From the NCBI GenBank assembly GCA_051362555.1, contig JBPQGU010000013.1:186001-250000 (forward strand): a stretch of DNA of 64,000 nt, given 5' to 3'. The position numbers and the translations under genes are program-made. Shown here piece after piece: positions 46,701-61,700 of the stretch. Source of the stretch: Lingula anatina. Taxonomy: Eukaryota; Animalia; Brachiopoda. How positions within the stretch are numbered: position 1 is the first letter of the stretch; each line of letters opens with the position of its first letter. The notes under the pieces were generated by a model. That model ran no database searches. It saw only the letters and a list, made by a program, of their open reading frames with translations, and was not told where the DNA came from.

Positions 46701-49700
46701 AGGTCCGGATATGGCAGTTTTCTTCAATTTTGGCCAGGTAGGGATGAAAAATTTTTTTCTTCAATATTGTGTCAGGTAGGTGTGTTTGGTCATTTGTAGT
46801 GAGGGTAAAGTGCTGGAAGAGTGATTGTGTCATTATTTAGGAAGAAATAGAGCAAAAACTCTCTCCACCCCCCCCTCTCTCCAAATCCTGTTCTCAGGTG
46901 TGCTTTCTGGCAATCTTTAAAGCTGAAATTGGGGGCTTTAATGAAGTGACCCGGGCGCGTTTCCACATTTTTTATGAATGTCAGGTGTGGTAAATTAATT
47001 TTCATCACTTTTTGGAAAAATTGGTGACGGGTCATTTTTGGGTGATTTTGAGAGATTTTCGTAAGGTCCGGATATGGCAGTTTTCTTCAATTTTGGCCAG
47101 GTAGGGATGAAAAATTTTTTTCTTCAATATTGTGTCAGGTAGGTGTGTTTGGTCATTTGTAGTGAGGGTAAAGTGCTGGAAGAGTGATTGTGTCATTATT
47201 TAGGAAGAAATAGAGCAAAAACTCTCTCCACCCCCCCCTCTCTCCAAATCCTGTTCTCAGGTGTGCTTTCTGGCAATCTTTAAAGCTGAAATTGGGGGCT
47301 TTAATGAAGTGACCCGGGCGCGTTTCCACATTTTTTATGAATGTCAGGTGTGGTAAATTAATTTTCATCACTTTTTGGAAAAATTGGTGACGGGTCATTT
47401 TTGGGTGATTTTGAGAGATTTTCGTAAGGTCCGGATATGGCAGTTTTCTTCAATTTTGGCCAGGTAGGGATGAAAAATTTTTTTCTTCAATATTGTGTCA
47501 GGTAGGTGTGTTTGGTCATTTGTAGTGAGGGTAAAGTGCTGGAAGAGTGATTGTGTCATTATTTAGGAAGAAATAGAGCAAAAACTCTCTCCACCCCCCC
47601 TCTCTCCAAATCCTGTTCTCAGGTGTGCTTTCTGGCAATCTTTAAAGCTGAAATTGGGGGCTTTAATGAAGTGACCCGGGCGCGTTTCCACATTTTTTAT
47701 GAATGTCAGGTGTGGTAAATTAATTTTCATCACTTTTTGGAAAAATTGGTGACGGGTCATTTTTGGGTGATTTTGAGAGATTTTCGTAAGGTCCGATATG
47801 GCAGTTTTCTTCAATTTTGGCCAGGTAGGGATGAAAAATTTTTTTCTTCAATATTGTGTCAGGTAGGTGTGTTTGGTCATTTGTAGTGAGGGTAAAGTGC
47901 TGGAAGAGTGATTGTGTCATTATTTAGGAAGAAATAGAGCAAAAACTCTCTCCACCCCCCCCTCTCTCCAAATCCTGTTCTCAGGTGTGCTTTCTGGCAA
48001 TCTTTAAAGCTGAAATTGGGGGCTTTAATGAAGTGACCCGGGCGCGTTTCCACATTTTTTATGAATGTCAGGTGTGGTAAATTAATTTTCATCACTTTTT
48101 GGAAAAATTGGTGACGGGTCATTTTTGGGTGATTTTGAGAGATTTTCGTAAGGTCCGGATATGGCAGTTTTCTTCAATTTTGGCCAGGTAGGGATGAAAA
48201 ATTTTTTTCTTCAATATTGTGTCAGGTAGGTGTGTTTGGTCATTTGTAGTGAGGGTAAAGTGCTGGAAGAGTGATTGTGTCATTATTTAGGAAGAAATAG
48301 AGCAAAAACTCTCTCCACCCCCCCCTCTCTCCAAATCCTGTTCTCAGGTGTGCTTTCTGGCAATCTTTAAAGCTGAAATTGGGGGCTTTAATGAAGTGAC
48401 CCGGGCGCGTTTCCACATTTTTTATGAATGTCAGGTGTGGTAAATTAATTTTCATCACTTTTTGGAAAAATTGGTGACGGGTCATTTTTGGGTGATTTTG
48501 AGAGATTTTCGTAAGGTCCGGATATGGCAGTTTTCTTCAATTTTGGCCAGGTAGGGATGAAAAATTTTTTTCTTCAATATTGTGTCAGGTAGGTGTGTTT
48601 GGTCATTTGTAGTGAGGGTAAAGTGCTGGAAGAGTGATTGTGTCATTATTTAGGAAGAAATAGAGCAAAAACTCTCTCCACCCCCCCCTCTCTCCAAATC
48701 CTGTTCTCAGGTGTGCTTTCTGGCAATCTTTAAAGCTGAAATTGGGGGCTTTAATGAAGTGACCCGGGCGCGTTTCCACATTTTTTATGAATGTCAGGTG
48801 TGGTAAATTAATTTTCATCACTTTTTGGAAAAATTGGTGACGGGTCATTTTTGGGTGATTTTGAGAGATTTTCGTAAGGTCCGGATATGGCAGTTTTCTT
48901 CAATTTTGGCCAGGTAGGGATGAAAAATTTTTTTCTTCAATATTGTGTCAGGTAGGTGTGTTTGGTCATTTGTAGTGAGGGTAAAGTGCTGGAAGAGTGA
49001 TTGTGTCATTATTTAGGAAGAAATAGAGCAAAAACTCTCTCCACCCCCCCCTCTCTCCAAATCCTGTTCTCAGGTGTGCTTTCTGGCAATCTTTAAAGCT
49101 GAAATTGGGGGCTTTAATGAAGTGACCCGGGCGCGTTTCCACATTTTTTATGAATGTCAGGTGTGGTAAATTAATTTTCATCACTTTTTGGAAAAATTGG
49201 TGACGGGTCATTTTTGGGTGATTTTGAGAGATTTTCGTAAGGTCCGGATATGGCAGTTTTCTTCAATTTTGGCCAGGTAGGGATGAAAAATTTTTTTCTT
49301 CAATATTGTGTCAGGTAGGTGTGTTTGGTCATTTGTAGTGAGGGTAAAGTGCTGGAAGAGTGATTGTGTCATTATTTAGGAAGAAATAGAGCAAAAACTC
49401 TCTCCACCCCCCCCTCTCTCCAAATCCTGTTCTCAGGTGTGCTTTCTGGCAATCTTTAAAGCTGAAATTGGGGGCTTTAATGAAGTGACCCGGGCGCGTT
49501 TCCACATTTTTTATGAATGTCAGGTGTGGTAAATTAATTTTCATCACTTTTTGGAAAAATTGGTGACGGGTCATTTTTGGGTGATTTTGAGAGATTTTCG
49601 TAAGGTCCGGATATGGCAGTTTTCTTCAATTTTGGCCAGGTAGGGATGAAAAATTTTTTTCTTCAATATTGTGTCAGGTAGGTGTGTTTGGTCATTTGTA

Positions 49701-52700
49701 GTGAGGGTAAAGTGCTGGAAGAGTGATTGTGTCATTATTTAGGAAGAAATAGAGCAAAAACTCTCTCCACCCCCCCCTCTCTCCAAATCCTGTTCTCAGG
49801 TGTGCTTTCTGGCAATCTTTAAAGCTGAAATTGGGGCTTTAATGAAGTGACCCGGGCGCGTTTCCACATTTTTTATGAATGTCAGGTGTGGTAAATTAAT
49901 TTTCATCACTTTTTGGAAAAATTGGTGACGGGTCATTTTTGGGTGATTTTGAGAGATTTTCGTAAGGTCCGGATATGGCAGTTTTCTTCAATTTTGGCCA
50001 GGTAGGGATGAAAAATTTTTTTCTTCAATATTGTGTCAGGTAGGTGTGTTTGGTCATTTGTAGTGAGGGTAAAGTGCTGGAAGAGTGATTGTGTCATTAT
50101 TTAGGAAGAAATAGAGCAAAAACTCTCTCCACCCCCCCTCTCTCCAAATCCTGTTCTCAGGTGTGCTTTCTGGCAATCTTTAAAGCTGAAATTGGGGGCT
50201 TTAATGAAGTGACCCGGGCGCGTTTCCACATTTTTTATGAATGTCAGGTGTGGTAAATTAATTTTCATCACTTTTTGGAAAAATTGGTGACGGGTCATTT
50301 TTGGGTGATTTTGAGAGATTTTCGTAAGGTCCGGATATGGCAGTTTTCTTCAATTTTGGCCAGGTAGGGATGAAAAATTTTTTTCTTCAATATTGTGTCA
50401 GGTAGGTGTGTTTGGTCATTTGTAGTGAGGGTAAAGTGCTGGAAGAGTGATTGTGTCATTATTTAGGAAGAAATAGAGCAAAAACTCTCTCCACCCCCCC
50501 TCTCTCCAAATCCTGTTCTCAGGTGTGCTTTCTGGCAATCTTTAAAGCTGAAATTGGGGGCTTTAATGAAGTGACCCGGGCGCGTTTCCACATTTTTTAT
50601 GAATGTCAGGTGTGGTAAATTAATTTTCATCACTTTTTGGAAAAATTGGTGACGGGTCATTTTTGGGTGATTTTGAGAGATTTTCGTGAGGTCCGGATAT
50701 GGCAGTTTTCTTCAATTTTGGCCAGGTAGGGATGAAAAATTTTTTTCTTCAATATTGTGTCAGGTAGGTGTGTTTGGTCATTTGTAGTGAGGGTAAAGTG
50801 CTGGAAGAGTGATTGTGTCATTATTTAGGAAGAAATAGAGCAAAAACTCTCTCCACCCCCCCTCTCTCCAAATCCTGTTCTCAGGTGTGCTTTCTGGCAA
50901 TCTTTAAAGCTGAAATTGGGGGCTTTAATGAAGTGACCCGGGCGCGTTTCCACATTTTTTATGAATGTCAGGTGTGGTAAATTAATTTTCATCACTTTTT
51001 GGAAAAATTGGTGACGGGTCATTTTTGGGTGATTTTGAGAGATTTTCGTAAGGTCCGGATATGGCAGTTTTCTTCAATTTTGGCCAGGTAGGGATGAAAA
51101 ATTTTTTTCTTCAATATTGTGTCAGGTAGGTGTGTTTGGTCATTTGTAGTGAGGGTAAAGGCTGGAAGAGTGATTGTGTCATTATTTAGGAAGAAATAGA
51201 GCAAAAACTCTCTCCACCCCCCCTCTCTCCAAATCCTGTTCTCAGGTGTGCTTTCTGGCAATCTTTAAAGCTGAAATTGGGGGCTTTAATGAAGTGACCC
51301 GGGCGCGTTTCCACATTTTTTATGAATGTCAGGTGTGGTAAATTAATTTTCATCACTTTTTGGAAAAATTGGTGACGGGTCATTTTTGGGTGATTTTGAG
51401 AGATTTTCGTAAGGTCCGGATATGGCAGTTTTCTTCAATTTTGGCCAGGTAGGGATGAAAAATTTTTTTCTTCAATATTGTGTCAGGTAGGTGTGTTTGG
51501 TCATTTGTAGTGAGGGTAAAGTGCTGGAAGAGTGATTGTGTCATTATTTAGGAAGAAATAGAGCAAAAACTCTCTCCACCCCCCCTCTCTCCAAATCCTG
51601 TTCTCAGGTGTGCTTTCTGGCAATCTTTAAAGCTGAAATTGGGGGCTTTAATGAAGTGACCCTGGGCGCGTTTCCACATTTTTTATGAATGTCAGGTGTG
51701 GTAAATTAATTTTCATCACTTTTTGGAAAAATTGGTGACGGGTCATTTTTGGGTGATTTTGAGAGATTTTCGTAAGGTCCGGATATGGCAGTTTTCTTCA
51801 ATTTTGGCCAGGTAGGGATGAAAAATTTTTTTCTTCAATATTGTGTCAGGTAGGTGTGTTTGGTCATTTGTAGTGAGGGTAAAGTGCTGGAAGAGTGATT
51901 GTGTCATTATTTAGGAAGAAATAGAGCAAAAACTCTCTCCACCCCCCCTCTCTCCAAATCCTGTTCTCAGGTGTGCTTTCTGGCAATCTTTAAAGCTGAA
52001 ATTGGGGGCTTTAATGAAGTGACCCGGGCGCGTTTCCACATTTTTTATGAATGTCAGGTGTGGTAAATTAATTTTCATCACTTTTTGGAAAAATTGGTGA
52101 CGGGTCATTTTTGGGTGATTTTGAGAGATTTTCGTAAGGTCCGGATATGGCAGTTTTCTTCAATTTTGGCCAGGTAGGGATGAAAAATTTTTTTCTTCAA
52201 TATTGTGTCAGGTAGGTGTGTTTGGTCATTTGTAGTGAGGGTAAAGTGCTGGAAGAGTGATTGTGTCATTATTTAGGAAGAAATAGAGCAAAAACTCTCT
52301 CCACCCCCCCTCTCTCCAAATCCTGTTCTCAGGTGTGCTTTCTGTCAATCTTTAAAGCTGAAATTGGGGGCTTTAATGAAGTGACCCGGGCGCGTTTCCA
52401 CATTTTTTATGAATGTCAGGTGTGGTAAATTAATTTTCATCACTTTTTGGAAAAATTGGTGACGGGTCATTTTTGGGTGATTTTGAGAGATTTTCGTAAG
52501 GTCCGGATATGGCAGTTTTCTTCAATTTTGGCCAGGTAGGGATGAAAAATTTTTTTCTTCAATATTGTGTCAGGTAGGTGTGTTTGGTCATTTGTAGTGA
52601 GGGTAAAGTGCTGGAAGAGTGATTGTGTCATTATTTAGGAAGAAATAGAGCAAAAACTCTCTCCACCCCCCCTCTCTCCAAATCCTGTTCTCAGGTGTGC

Positions 52701-55700
52701 TTTCTGGCAATCTTTAAAGCTGAAATTGGGGGCTTTAATGAAGTGACCCGGGCGCGTTTCCACATTTTTTATGAATGTCAGGTGTGGTAAATTAATTTTC
52801 ATCACTTTTTGGAAAAATTGGTGACGGGTCATTTTTGGGTGATTTTGAGAGATTTTCGTAAGGTCCGGATATGGCAGTTTTCTTCAATTTTGGCCAGGTA
52901 GGGATGAAAAATTTTTTTCTTCAATATTGTGTCAGGTAGGTGTGTTTGGTCATTTGTAGTGAGGGTAAAGTGCTGGAAGAGTGATTGTGTCATTATTTAG
53001 GAAGAAATAGAGCAAAAACTCTCTCCACCCCCCCTCTCTCCAAATCCTGTTCTCAGGTGTGCTTTCTGGCAATCTTTAAAGCTGAAATTGGGGGCTTTAA
53101 TGAAGTGACCCGGGCGCGTTTCCACATTTTTTATGAATGTCAGGTGTGGTAAATTAATTTTCATCACTTTTTGGAAAAATTGGTGACGGGTCATTTTTGG
53201 GTGATTTTGAGAGATTTTCGTAAGGTCCGGATATGGCAGTTTTCTTCAATTTTGGCCAGGTAGGGATGAAAAATTTTTTTCTTCAATATTGTGTCAGGTA
53301 GGTGTGTTTGGTCATTTGTAGTGAGGGTAAAGTGCTGGAAGAGTGATTGTGTCATTATTTAGGAAGAAATAGAGCAAAAACTCTCTCCACCCCCCCTCTC
53401 TCCAAATCCTGTTCTCAGGTGTGCTTTCTGGCAATCTTTAAAGCTGAAATTGGGGGCTTTAATGAAGTGACCCGGGCGCGTTTCCACATTTTTTATGAAT
53501 GTCAGGTGTGGTAAATTAATTTTCATCACTTTTTGGAAAAATTGGTGACGGGTCATTTTTGGGTGATTTTGAGAGATTTTCGTAAGGTCCGGATATGGCA
53601 GTTTTCTTCAATTTTGGCCAGGTAGGGATGAAAAATTTTTTTCTTCAATATTGTGTCAGGTAGGTGTGTTTGGTCATTTGTAGTGAGGGTAAAGTGCTGG
53701 AAGAGTGATTGTGTCATTATTTAGGAAGAAATAGAGCAAAAACTCTCTCCACCCCCCCTCTCTCCAAATCCTGTTCTCAGGTGTGCTTTCTGGCAATCTT
53801 TAAAGCTGAAATTGGGGGCTTTAATGAAGTGACCCGGGCGCGTTTCCACATTTTTTATGAATGTCAGGTGTGGTAAATTAATTTTCATCACTTTTTGGAA
53901 AAATTGGTGACGGGTCATTTTTGGGTGATTTTGAGAGATTTTCGTAAGGTCCGGATATGGCAGTTTTCTTCAATTTTGGCCAGGTAGGGATGAAAAATTT
54001 TTTTCTTCAATATTGTGTCAGGTAGGTGTGTTTGGTCATTTGTAGTGAGGGTAAAGTGCTGGAAGAGTGATTGTGTCATTATTTAGGAAGAAATAGAGCA
54101 AAAACTCTCTCCACCCCCCCTCTCTCCAAATCCTGTTCTCAGGTGTGCTTTCTGGCAATCTTTAAAGCTGAAATTGGGGGCTTTAATGAAGTGACCCGGG
54201 CGCGTTTCCACATTTTTTATGAATGTCAGGTGTGGTAAATTAATTTTCATCACTTTTTGGAAAAATTGGTGACGGGTCATTTTTGGGTGATTTTGAGAGA
54301 TTTTCGTAAGGTCCGGATATGGCAGTTTTCTTCAATTTTGGCCAGGTAGGGATGAAAAATTTTTTTCTTCAATATTGTGTCAGGTAGGTGTGTTTGGTCA
54401 TTTGTAGTGAGGGTAAAGTGCTGGAAGAGTGATTGTGTCATTATTTAGGAAGAAATAGAGCAAAAACTCTCTCCACCCCCCCTCTCTCCAAATCCTGTTC
54501 TCAGGTGTGCTTTCTGGCAATCTTTAAAGCTGAAATTGGGGGCTTTAATGAAGTGACCCGGGCGCGTTTCCACATTTTTTATGAATGTCAGGTGTGGTAA
54601 ATTAATTTTCATCACTTTTTGGAAAAATTGGTGACGGGTCATTTTTGGGTGATTTTGAGAGATTTTCGTAAGGTCCGGATATGGCAGTTTTCTTCAATTT
54701 TGGCCAGGTAGGGATGAAAAATTTTTTTCTTCAATATTGTGTCAGGTAGGTGTGTTTGGTCATTTGTAGTGAGGGTAAAGTGCTGGAAGAGTGATTGTGT
54801 CATTATTTAGGAAGAAATAGAGCAAAAACTCTCTCCACCCCCCCTCTCTCCAAATCCTGTTCTCAGGTGTGCTTTCTGGCAATCTTTAAAGCTGAAATTG
54901 GGGGCTTTAATGAAGTGACCCGGGCGCGTTTCCACATTTTTTATGAATGTCAGGTGTGGTAAATTAATTTTCATCACTTTTTGGAAAAATTGGTGACGGG
55001 TCATTTTTGGGTGATTTTGAGAGATTTTCGTAAGGTCCGGATATGGCAGTTTTCTTCAATTTTGGCCAGGTAGGGATGAAAAATTTTTTTCTTCAATATT
55101 GTGTCAGGTAGGTGTGTTTGGTCATTTGTAGTGAGGGTAAAGTGCTGGAAGAGTGATTGTGTCATTATTTAGGAAGAAATAGAGCAAAAACTCTCTCCAC
55201 CCCCCCTCTCTCCAAATCCTGTTCTCAGGTGTGCTTTCTGGCAATCTTTAAAGCTGAAATTGGGGGCTTTAATGAAGTGACCCGGGCGCGTTTCCACATT
55301 TTTTATGAATGTCAGGTGTGGTAAATTAATTTTCATCACTTTTTGGAAAAATTGGTGACGGGTCATTTTTGGGTGATTTTGAGAGATTTTCGTAAGGTCC
55401 GGATATGGCAGTTTTCTTCAATTTTGGCCAGGTAGGGATGAAAAATTTTTTTCTTCAATATTGTGTCAGGTAGGTGTGTTTGGTCATTTGTAGTGAGGGT
55501 AAAGTGCTGGAAGAGTGATTGTGTCATTATTTAGGAAGAAATAGAGCAAAAACTCTCTCCACCCCCCCTCTCTCCAAATCCTGTTCTCAGGTGTGCTTTC
55601 TGGCAATCTTTAAAGCTGAAATTGGGGGCTTTAATGAAGTGACCCGGGCGCGTTTCCACATTTTTTATGAATGTCAGGTGTGGTAAATTAATTTTCATCA

Positions 55701-58700
55701 CTTTTTGGAAAAATTGGTGACGGGTCATTTTTGGGTGATTTTGAGAGATTTTCGTAAGGTCCGGATATGGCAGTTTTCTTCAATTTTGGCCAGGTAGGGA
55801 TGAAAAATTTTTTTCTTCAATATTGTGTCAGGTAGGTGTGTTTGGTCATTTGTAGTGAGGGTAAAGTGCTGGAAGAGTGATTGTGTCATTATTTAGGAAG
55901 AAATAGAGCAAAAACTCTCTCCACCCCCCCTCTCTCCAAATCCTGTTCTCAGGTGTGCTTTCTGGCAATCTTTAAAGCTGAAATTGGGGGCTTTAATGAA
56001 GTGACCCGGGCGCGTTTCCACATTTTTTATGAATGTCAGGTGTGGTAAATTAATTTTCATCACTTTTTGGAAAAATTGGTGACGGGTCATTTTTGGGTGA
56101 TTTTGAGAGATTTTCGTAAGGTCCGGATATGGCAGTTTTCTTCAATTTTGGCCAGGTAGGGATGAAAAATTTTTTTCTTCAATATTGTGTCAGGTAGGTG
56201 TGTTTGGTCATTTGTAGTGAGGGTAAAGTGCTGGAAGAGTGATTGTGTCATTATTTAGGAAGAAATAGAGCAAAAACTCTCTCCACCCCCCCTCTCTCCA
56301 AATCCTGTTCTCAGGTGTGCTTTCTGGCAATCTTTAAAGCTGAAATTGGGGGCTTTAATGAAGTGACCCGGGCGCGTTTCCACATTTTTTATGAATGTCA
56401 GGTGTGGTAAATTAATTTTCATCACTTTTTGGAAAAATTGGTGACGGGTCATTTTTGGGTGATTTTGAGAGATTTTCGTAAGGTCCGGATATGGCAGTTT
56501 TCTTCAATTTTGGCCAGGTAGGGATGAAAAATTTTTTTCTTCAATATTGTGTCAGGTAGGTGTGTTTGGTCATTTGTAGTGAGGGTAAAGTGCTGGAAGA
56601 GTGATTGTGTCATTATTTAGGAAGAAATAGAGCAAAAACTCTCTCCACCCCCCCTCTCTCCAAATCCTGTTCTCAGGTGTGCTTTCTGGCAATCTTTAAA
56701 GCTGAAATTGGGGGCTTTAATGAAGTGACCCGGGCGCGTTTCCACATTTTTTATGAATGTCAGGTGTGGTAAATTAATTTTCATCACTTTTTGGAAAAAT
56801 TGGTGACGGGTCATTTTTGGGTGATTTTGAGAGATTTTCGTAAGGTCCGGATATGGCAGTTTTCTTCAATTTTGGCCAGGTAGGGATGAAAAATTTTTTT
56901 CTTCAATATTGTGTCAGGTAGGTGTGTTTGGTCATTTGTAGTGAGGGTAAAGTGCTGGAAGAGTGATTGTGTCATTATTTAGGAAGAAATAGAGCAAAAA
57001 CTCTCTCCACCCCCCCTCTCTCCAAATCCTGTTCTCAGGTGTGCTTTCTGGCAATCTTTAAAGCTGAAATTGGGGGCTTTAATGAAGTGACCCGGGCGCG
57101 TTTCCACATTTTTTATGAATGTCAGGTGTGGTAAATTAATTTTCATCACTTTTTGGAAAAATTGGTGACGGGTCATTTTTGGGTGATTTTGAGAGATTTT
57201 CGTAAGGTCCGGATATGGCAGTTTTCTTCAATTTTGGCCAGGTAGGGATGAAAAATTTTTTTCTTCAATATTGTGTCAGGTAGGTGTGTTTGGTCATTTG
57301 TAGTGAGGGTAAAGTGCTGGAAGAGTGATTGTGTCATTATTTAGGAAGAAATAGAGCAAAAACTCTCTCCACCCCCCCTCTCTCCAAATCCTGTTCTCAG
57401 GTGTGCTTTCTGGCAATCTTTAAAGCTGAAATTGGGGGCTTTAATGAAGTGACCCGGGCGCGTTTCCACATTTTTTATGAATGTCAGGTGTGGTAAATTA
57501 ATTTTCATCACTTTTTGGAAAAATTGGTGACGGGTCATTTTTGGGTGATTTTGAGAGATTTTCGTAAGGTCCGGATATGGCAGTTTTCTTCAATTTTGGC
57601 CAGGTAGGGATGAAAAATTTTTTTCTTCAATATTGTGTCAGGTAGGTGTGTTTGGTCATTTGTAGTGAGGGTAAAGTGCTGGAAGAGTGATTGTGTCATT
57701 ATTTAGGAAGAAATAGAGCAAAAACTCTCTCCACCCCCCCTCTCTCCAAATCCTGTTCTCAGGTGTGCTTTCTGGCAATCTTTAAAGCTGAAATTGGGGG
57801 CTTTAATGAAGTGACCCGGGCGCGTTTCCACATTTTTTATGAATGTCAGGTGTGGTAAATTAATTTTCATCACTTTTTGGAAAAATTGGTGACGGGTCAT
57901 TTTTGGGTGATTTTGAGAGATTTTCGTAAGGTCCGGATATGGCAGTTTTCTTCAATTTTGGCCAGGTAGGGATGAAAAATTTTTTTCTTCAATATTGTGT
58001 CAGGTAGGTGTGTTTGGTCATTTGTAGTGAGGGTAAAGTGCTGGAAGAGTGATTGTGTCATTATTTAGGAAGAAATAGAGCAAAAACTCTCTCCACCCCC
58101 CCTCTCTCCAAATCCTGTTCTCAGGTGTGCTTTCTGGCAATCTTTAAAGCTGAAATTGGGGGCTTTAATGAAGTGACCCGGGCGCGTTTCCACATTTTTT
58201 ATGAATGTCAGGTGTGGTAAATTAATTTTCATCACTTTTTGGAAAAATTGGTGACGGGTCATTTTTGGGTGATTTTGAGAGATTTTCGTAAGGTCCGGAT
58301 ATGGCAGTTTTCTTCAATTTTGGCCAGGTAGGGATGAAAAATTTTTTTCTTCAATATTGTGTCAGGTAGGTGTGTTTGGTCATTTGTAGTGAGGGTAAAG
58401 TGCTGGAAGAGTGATTGTGTCATTATTTAGGAAGAAATAGAGCAAAAACTCTCTCCACCCCCCCTCTCTCCAAATCCTGTTCTCAGGTGTGCTTTCTGGC
58501 AATCTTTAAAGCTGAAATTGGGGGCTTTAATGAAGTGACCCGGGCGCGTTTCCACATTTTTTATGAATGTCAGGTGTGGTAAATTAATTTTCATCACTTT
58601 TTGGAAAAATTGGTGACGGGTCATTTTTGGGTGATTTTGAGAGATTTTCGTAAGGTCCGGATATGGCAGTTTTCTTCAATTTTGGCCAGGTAGGGATGAA

Positions 58701-61700
58701 AAATTTTTTTCTTCAATATTGTGTCAGGTAGGTGTGTTTGGTCATTTGTAGTGAGGGTAAAGTGCTGGAAGAGTGATTGTGTCATTATTTAGGAAGAAAT
58801 AGAGCAAAAACTCTCTCCACCCCCCCTCTCTCCAAATCCTGTTCTCAGGTGTGCTTTCTGGCAATCTTTAAAGCTGAAATTGGGGGCTTTAATGAAGTGA
58901 CCCGGGCGCGTTTCCACATTTTTTATGAATGTCAGGTGTGGTAAATTAATTTTCATCACTTTTTGGAAAAATTGGTGACGGGTCATTTTTGGGTGATTTT
59001 GAGAGATTTTCGTAAGGTCCGGATATGGCAGTTTTCTTCAATTTTGGCCAGGTAGGGATGAAAAATTTTTTTCTTCAATATTGTGTCAGGTAGGTGTGTT
59101 TGGTCATTTGTAGTGAGGGTAAAGTGCTGGAAGAGTGATTGTGTCATTATTTAGGAAGAAATAGAGCAAAAACTCTCTCCACCCCCCCTCTCTCCAAATC
59201 CTGTTCTCAGGTGTGCTTTCTGGCAATCTTTAAAGCTGAAATTGGGGGCTTTAATGAAGTGACCCGGGCGCGTTTCCACATTTTTTATGAATGTCAGGTG
59301 TGGTAAATTAATTTTCATCACTTTTTGGAAAAATTGGTGACGGGTCATTTTTGGGTGATTTTGAGAGATTTTCGTAAGGTCCGGATATGGCAGTTTTCTT
59401 CAATTTTGGCCAGGTAGGGATGAAAAATTTTTTTCTTCAATATTGTGTCAGGTAGGTGTGTTTGGTCATTTGTAGTGAGGGTAAAGTGCTGGAAGAGTGA
59501 TTGTGTCATTATTTAGGAAGAAATAGAGCAAAAACTCTCTCCACCCCCCCTCTCTCCAAATCCTGTTCTCAGGTGTGCTTTCTGGCAATCTTTAAAGCTG
59601 AAATTGGGGGCTTTAATGAAGTGACCCGGGCGCGTTTCCACATTTTTTATGAATGTCAGGTGTGGTAAATTAATTTTCATCACTTTTTGGAAAAATTGGT
59701 GACGGGTCATTTTTGGGTGATTTTGAGAGATTTTCGTAAGGTCCGGATATGGCAGTTTTCTTCAATTTTGGCCAGGTAGGGATGAAAAATTTTTTTCTTC
59801 AATATTGTGTCAGGTAGGTGTGTTTGGTCATTTGTAGTGAGGGTAAAGTGCTGGAAGAGTGATTGTGTCATTATTTAGGAAGAAATAGAGCAAAAACTCT
59901 CTCCACCCCCCCTCTCTCCAAATCCTGTTCTCAGGTGTGCTTTCTGGCAATCTTTAAAGCTGAAATTGGGGGCTTTAATGAAGTGACCCGGGCGCGTTTC
60001 CACATTTTTTATGAATGTCAGGTGTGGTAAATTAATTTTCATCACTTTTTGGAAAAATTGGTGACGGGTCATTTTTGGGTGATTTTGAGAGATTTTCGTA
60101 AGGTCCGGATATGGCAGTTTTCTTCAATTTTGGCCAGGTAGGGATGAAAAATTTTTTTCTTCAATATTGTGTCAGGTAGGTGTGTTTGGTCATTTGTAGT
60201 GAGGGTAAAGTGCTGGAAGAGTGATTGTGTCATTATTTAGGAAGAAATAGAGCAAAAACTCTCTCCACCCCCCCTCTCTCCAAATCCTGTTCTCAGGTGT
60301 GCTTTCTGGCAATCTTTAAAGCTGAAATTGGGGGCTTTAATGAAGTGACCCGGGCGCGTTTCCACATTTTTTATGAATGTCAGGTGTGGTAAATTAATTT
60401 TCATCACTTTTTGGAAAAATTGGTGACGGGTCATTTTTGGGTGATTTTGAGAGATTTTCGTAAGGTCCGGATATGGCAGTTTTCTTCAATTTTGGCCAGG
60501 TAGGGATGAAAAATTTTTTTCTTCAATATTGTGTCAGGTAGGTGTGTTTGGTCATTTGTAGTGAGGGTAAAGTGCTGGAAGAGTGATTGTGTCATTATTT
60601 AGGAAGAAATAGAGCAAAAACTCTCTCCACCCCCCCTCTCTCCAAATCCTGTTCTCAGGTGTGCTTTCTGGCAATCTTTAAAGCTGAAATTGGGGGCTTT
60701 AATGAAGTGACCCGGGCGCGTTTCCACATTTTTTATGAATGTCAGGTGTGGTAAATTAATTTTCATCACTTTTTGGAAAAATTGGTGACGGGTCATTTTT
60801 GGGTGATTTTGAGAGATTTTCGTAAGGTCCGGATATGGCAGTTTTCTTCAATTTTGGCCAGGTAGGGATGAAAAATTTTTTTCTTCAATATTGTGTCAGG
60901 TAGGTGTGTTTGGTCATTTGTAGTGAGGGTAAAGTGCTGGAAGAGTGATTGTGTCATTATTTAGGAAGAAATAGAGCAAAAACTCTCTCCACCCCCCCTC
61001 TCTCCAAATCCTGTTCTCAGGTGTGCTTTCTGGCAATCTTTAAAGCTGAAATTGGGGGCTTTAATGAAGTGACCCGGGCGCGTTTCCACATTTTTTATGA
61101 ATGTCAGGTGTGGTAAATTAATTTTCATCACTTTTTGGAAAAATTGGTGACGGGTCATTTTTGGGTGATTTTGAGAGATTTTCGTAAGGTCCGGATATGG
61201 CAGTTTTCTTCAATTTTGGCCAGGTAGGGATGAAAAATTTTTTTCTTCAATATTGTGTCAGGTAGGTGTGTTTGGTCATTTGTAGTGAGGGTAAAGTGCT
61301 GGAAGAGTGATTGTGTCATTATTTAGGAAGAAATAGAGCAAAAACTCTCTCCACCCCCCCTCTCTCCAAATCCTGTTCTCAGGTGTGCTTTCTGGCAATC
61401 TTTAAAGCTGAAATTGGGGGCTTTAATGAAGTGACCCGGGCGCGTTTCCACATTTTTTATGAATGTCAGGTGTGGTAAATTAATTTTCATCACTTTTTGG
61501 AAAAATTGGTGACGGGTCATTTTTGGGTGATTTTGAGAGATTTTCGTAAGGTCCGGATATGGCAGTTTTCTTCAATTTTGGCCAGGTAGGGATGAAAAAT
61601 TTTTTTCTTCAATATTGTGTCAGGTAGGTGTGTTTGGTCATTTGTAGTGAGGGTAAAGTGCTGGAAGAGTGATTGTGTCATTATTTAGGAAGAAATAGAG

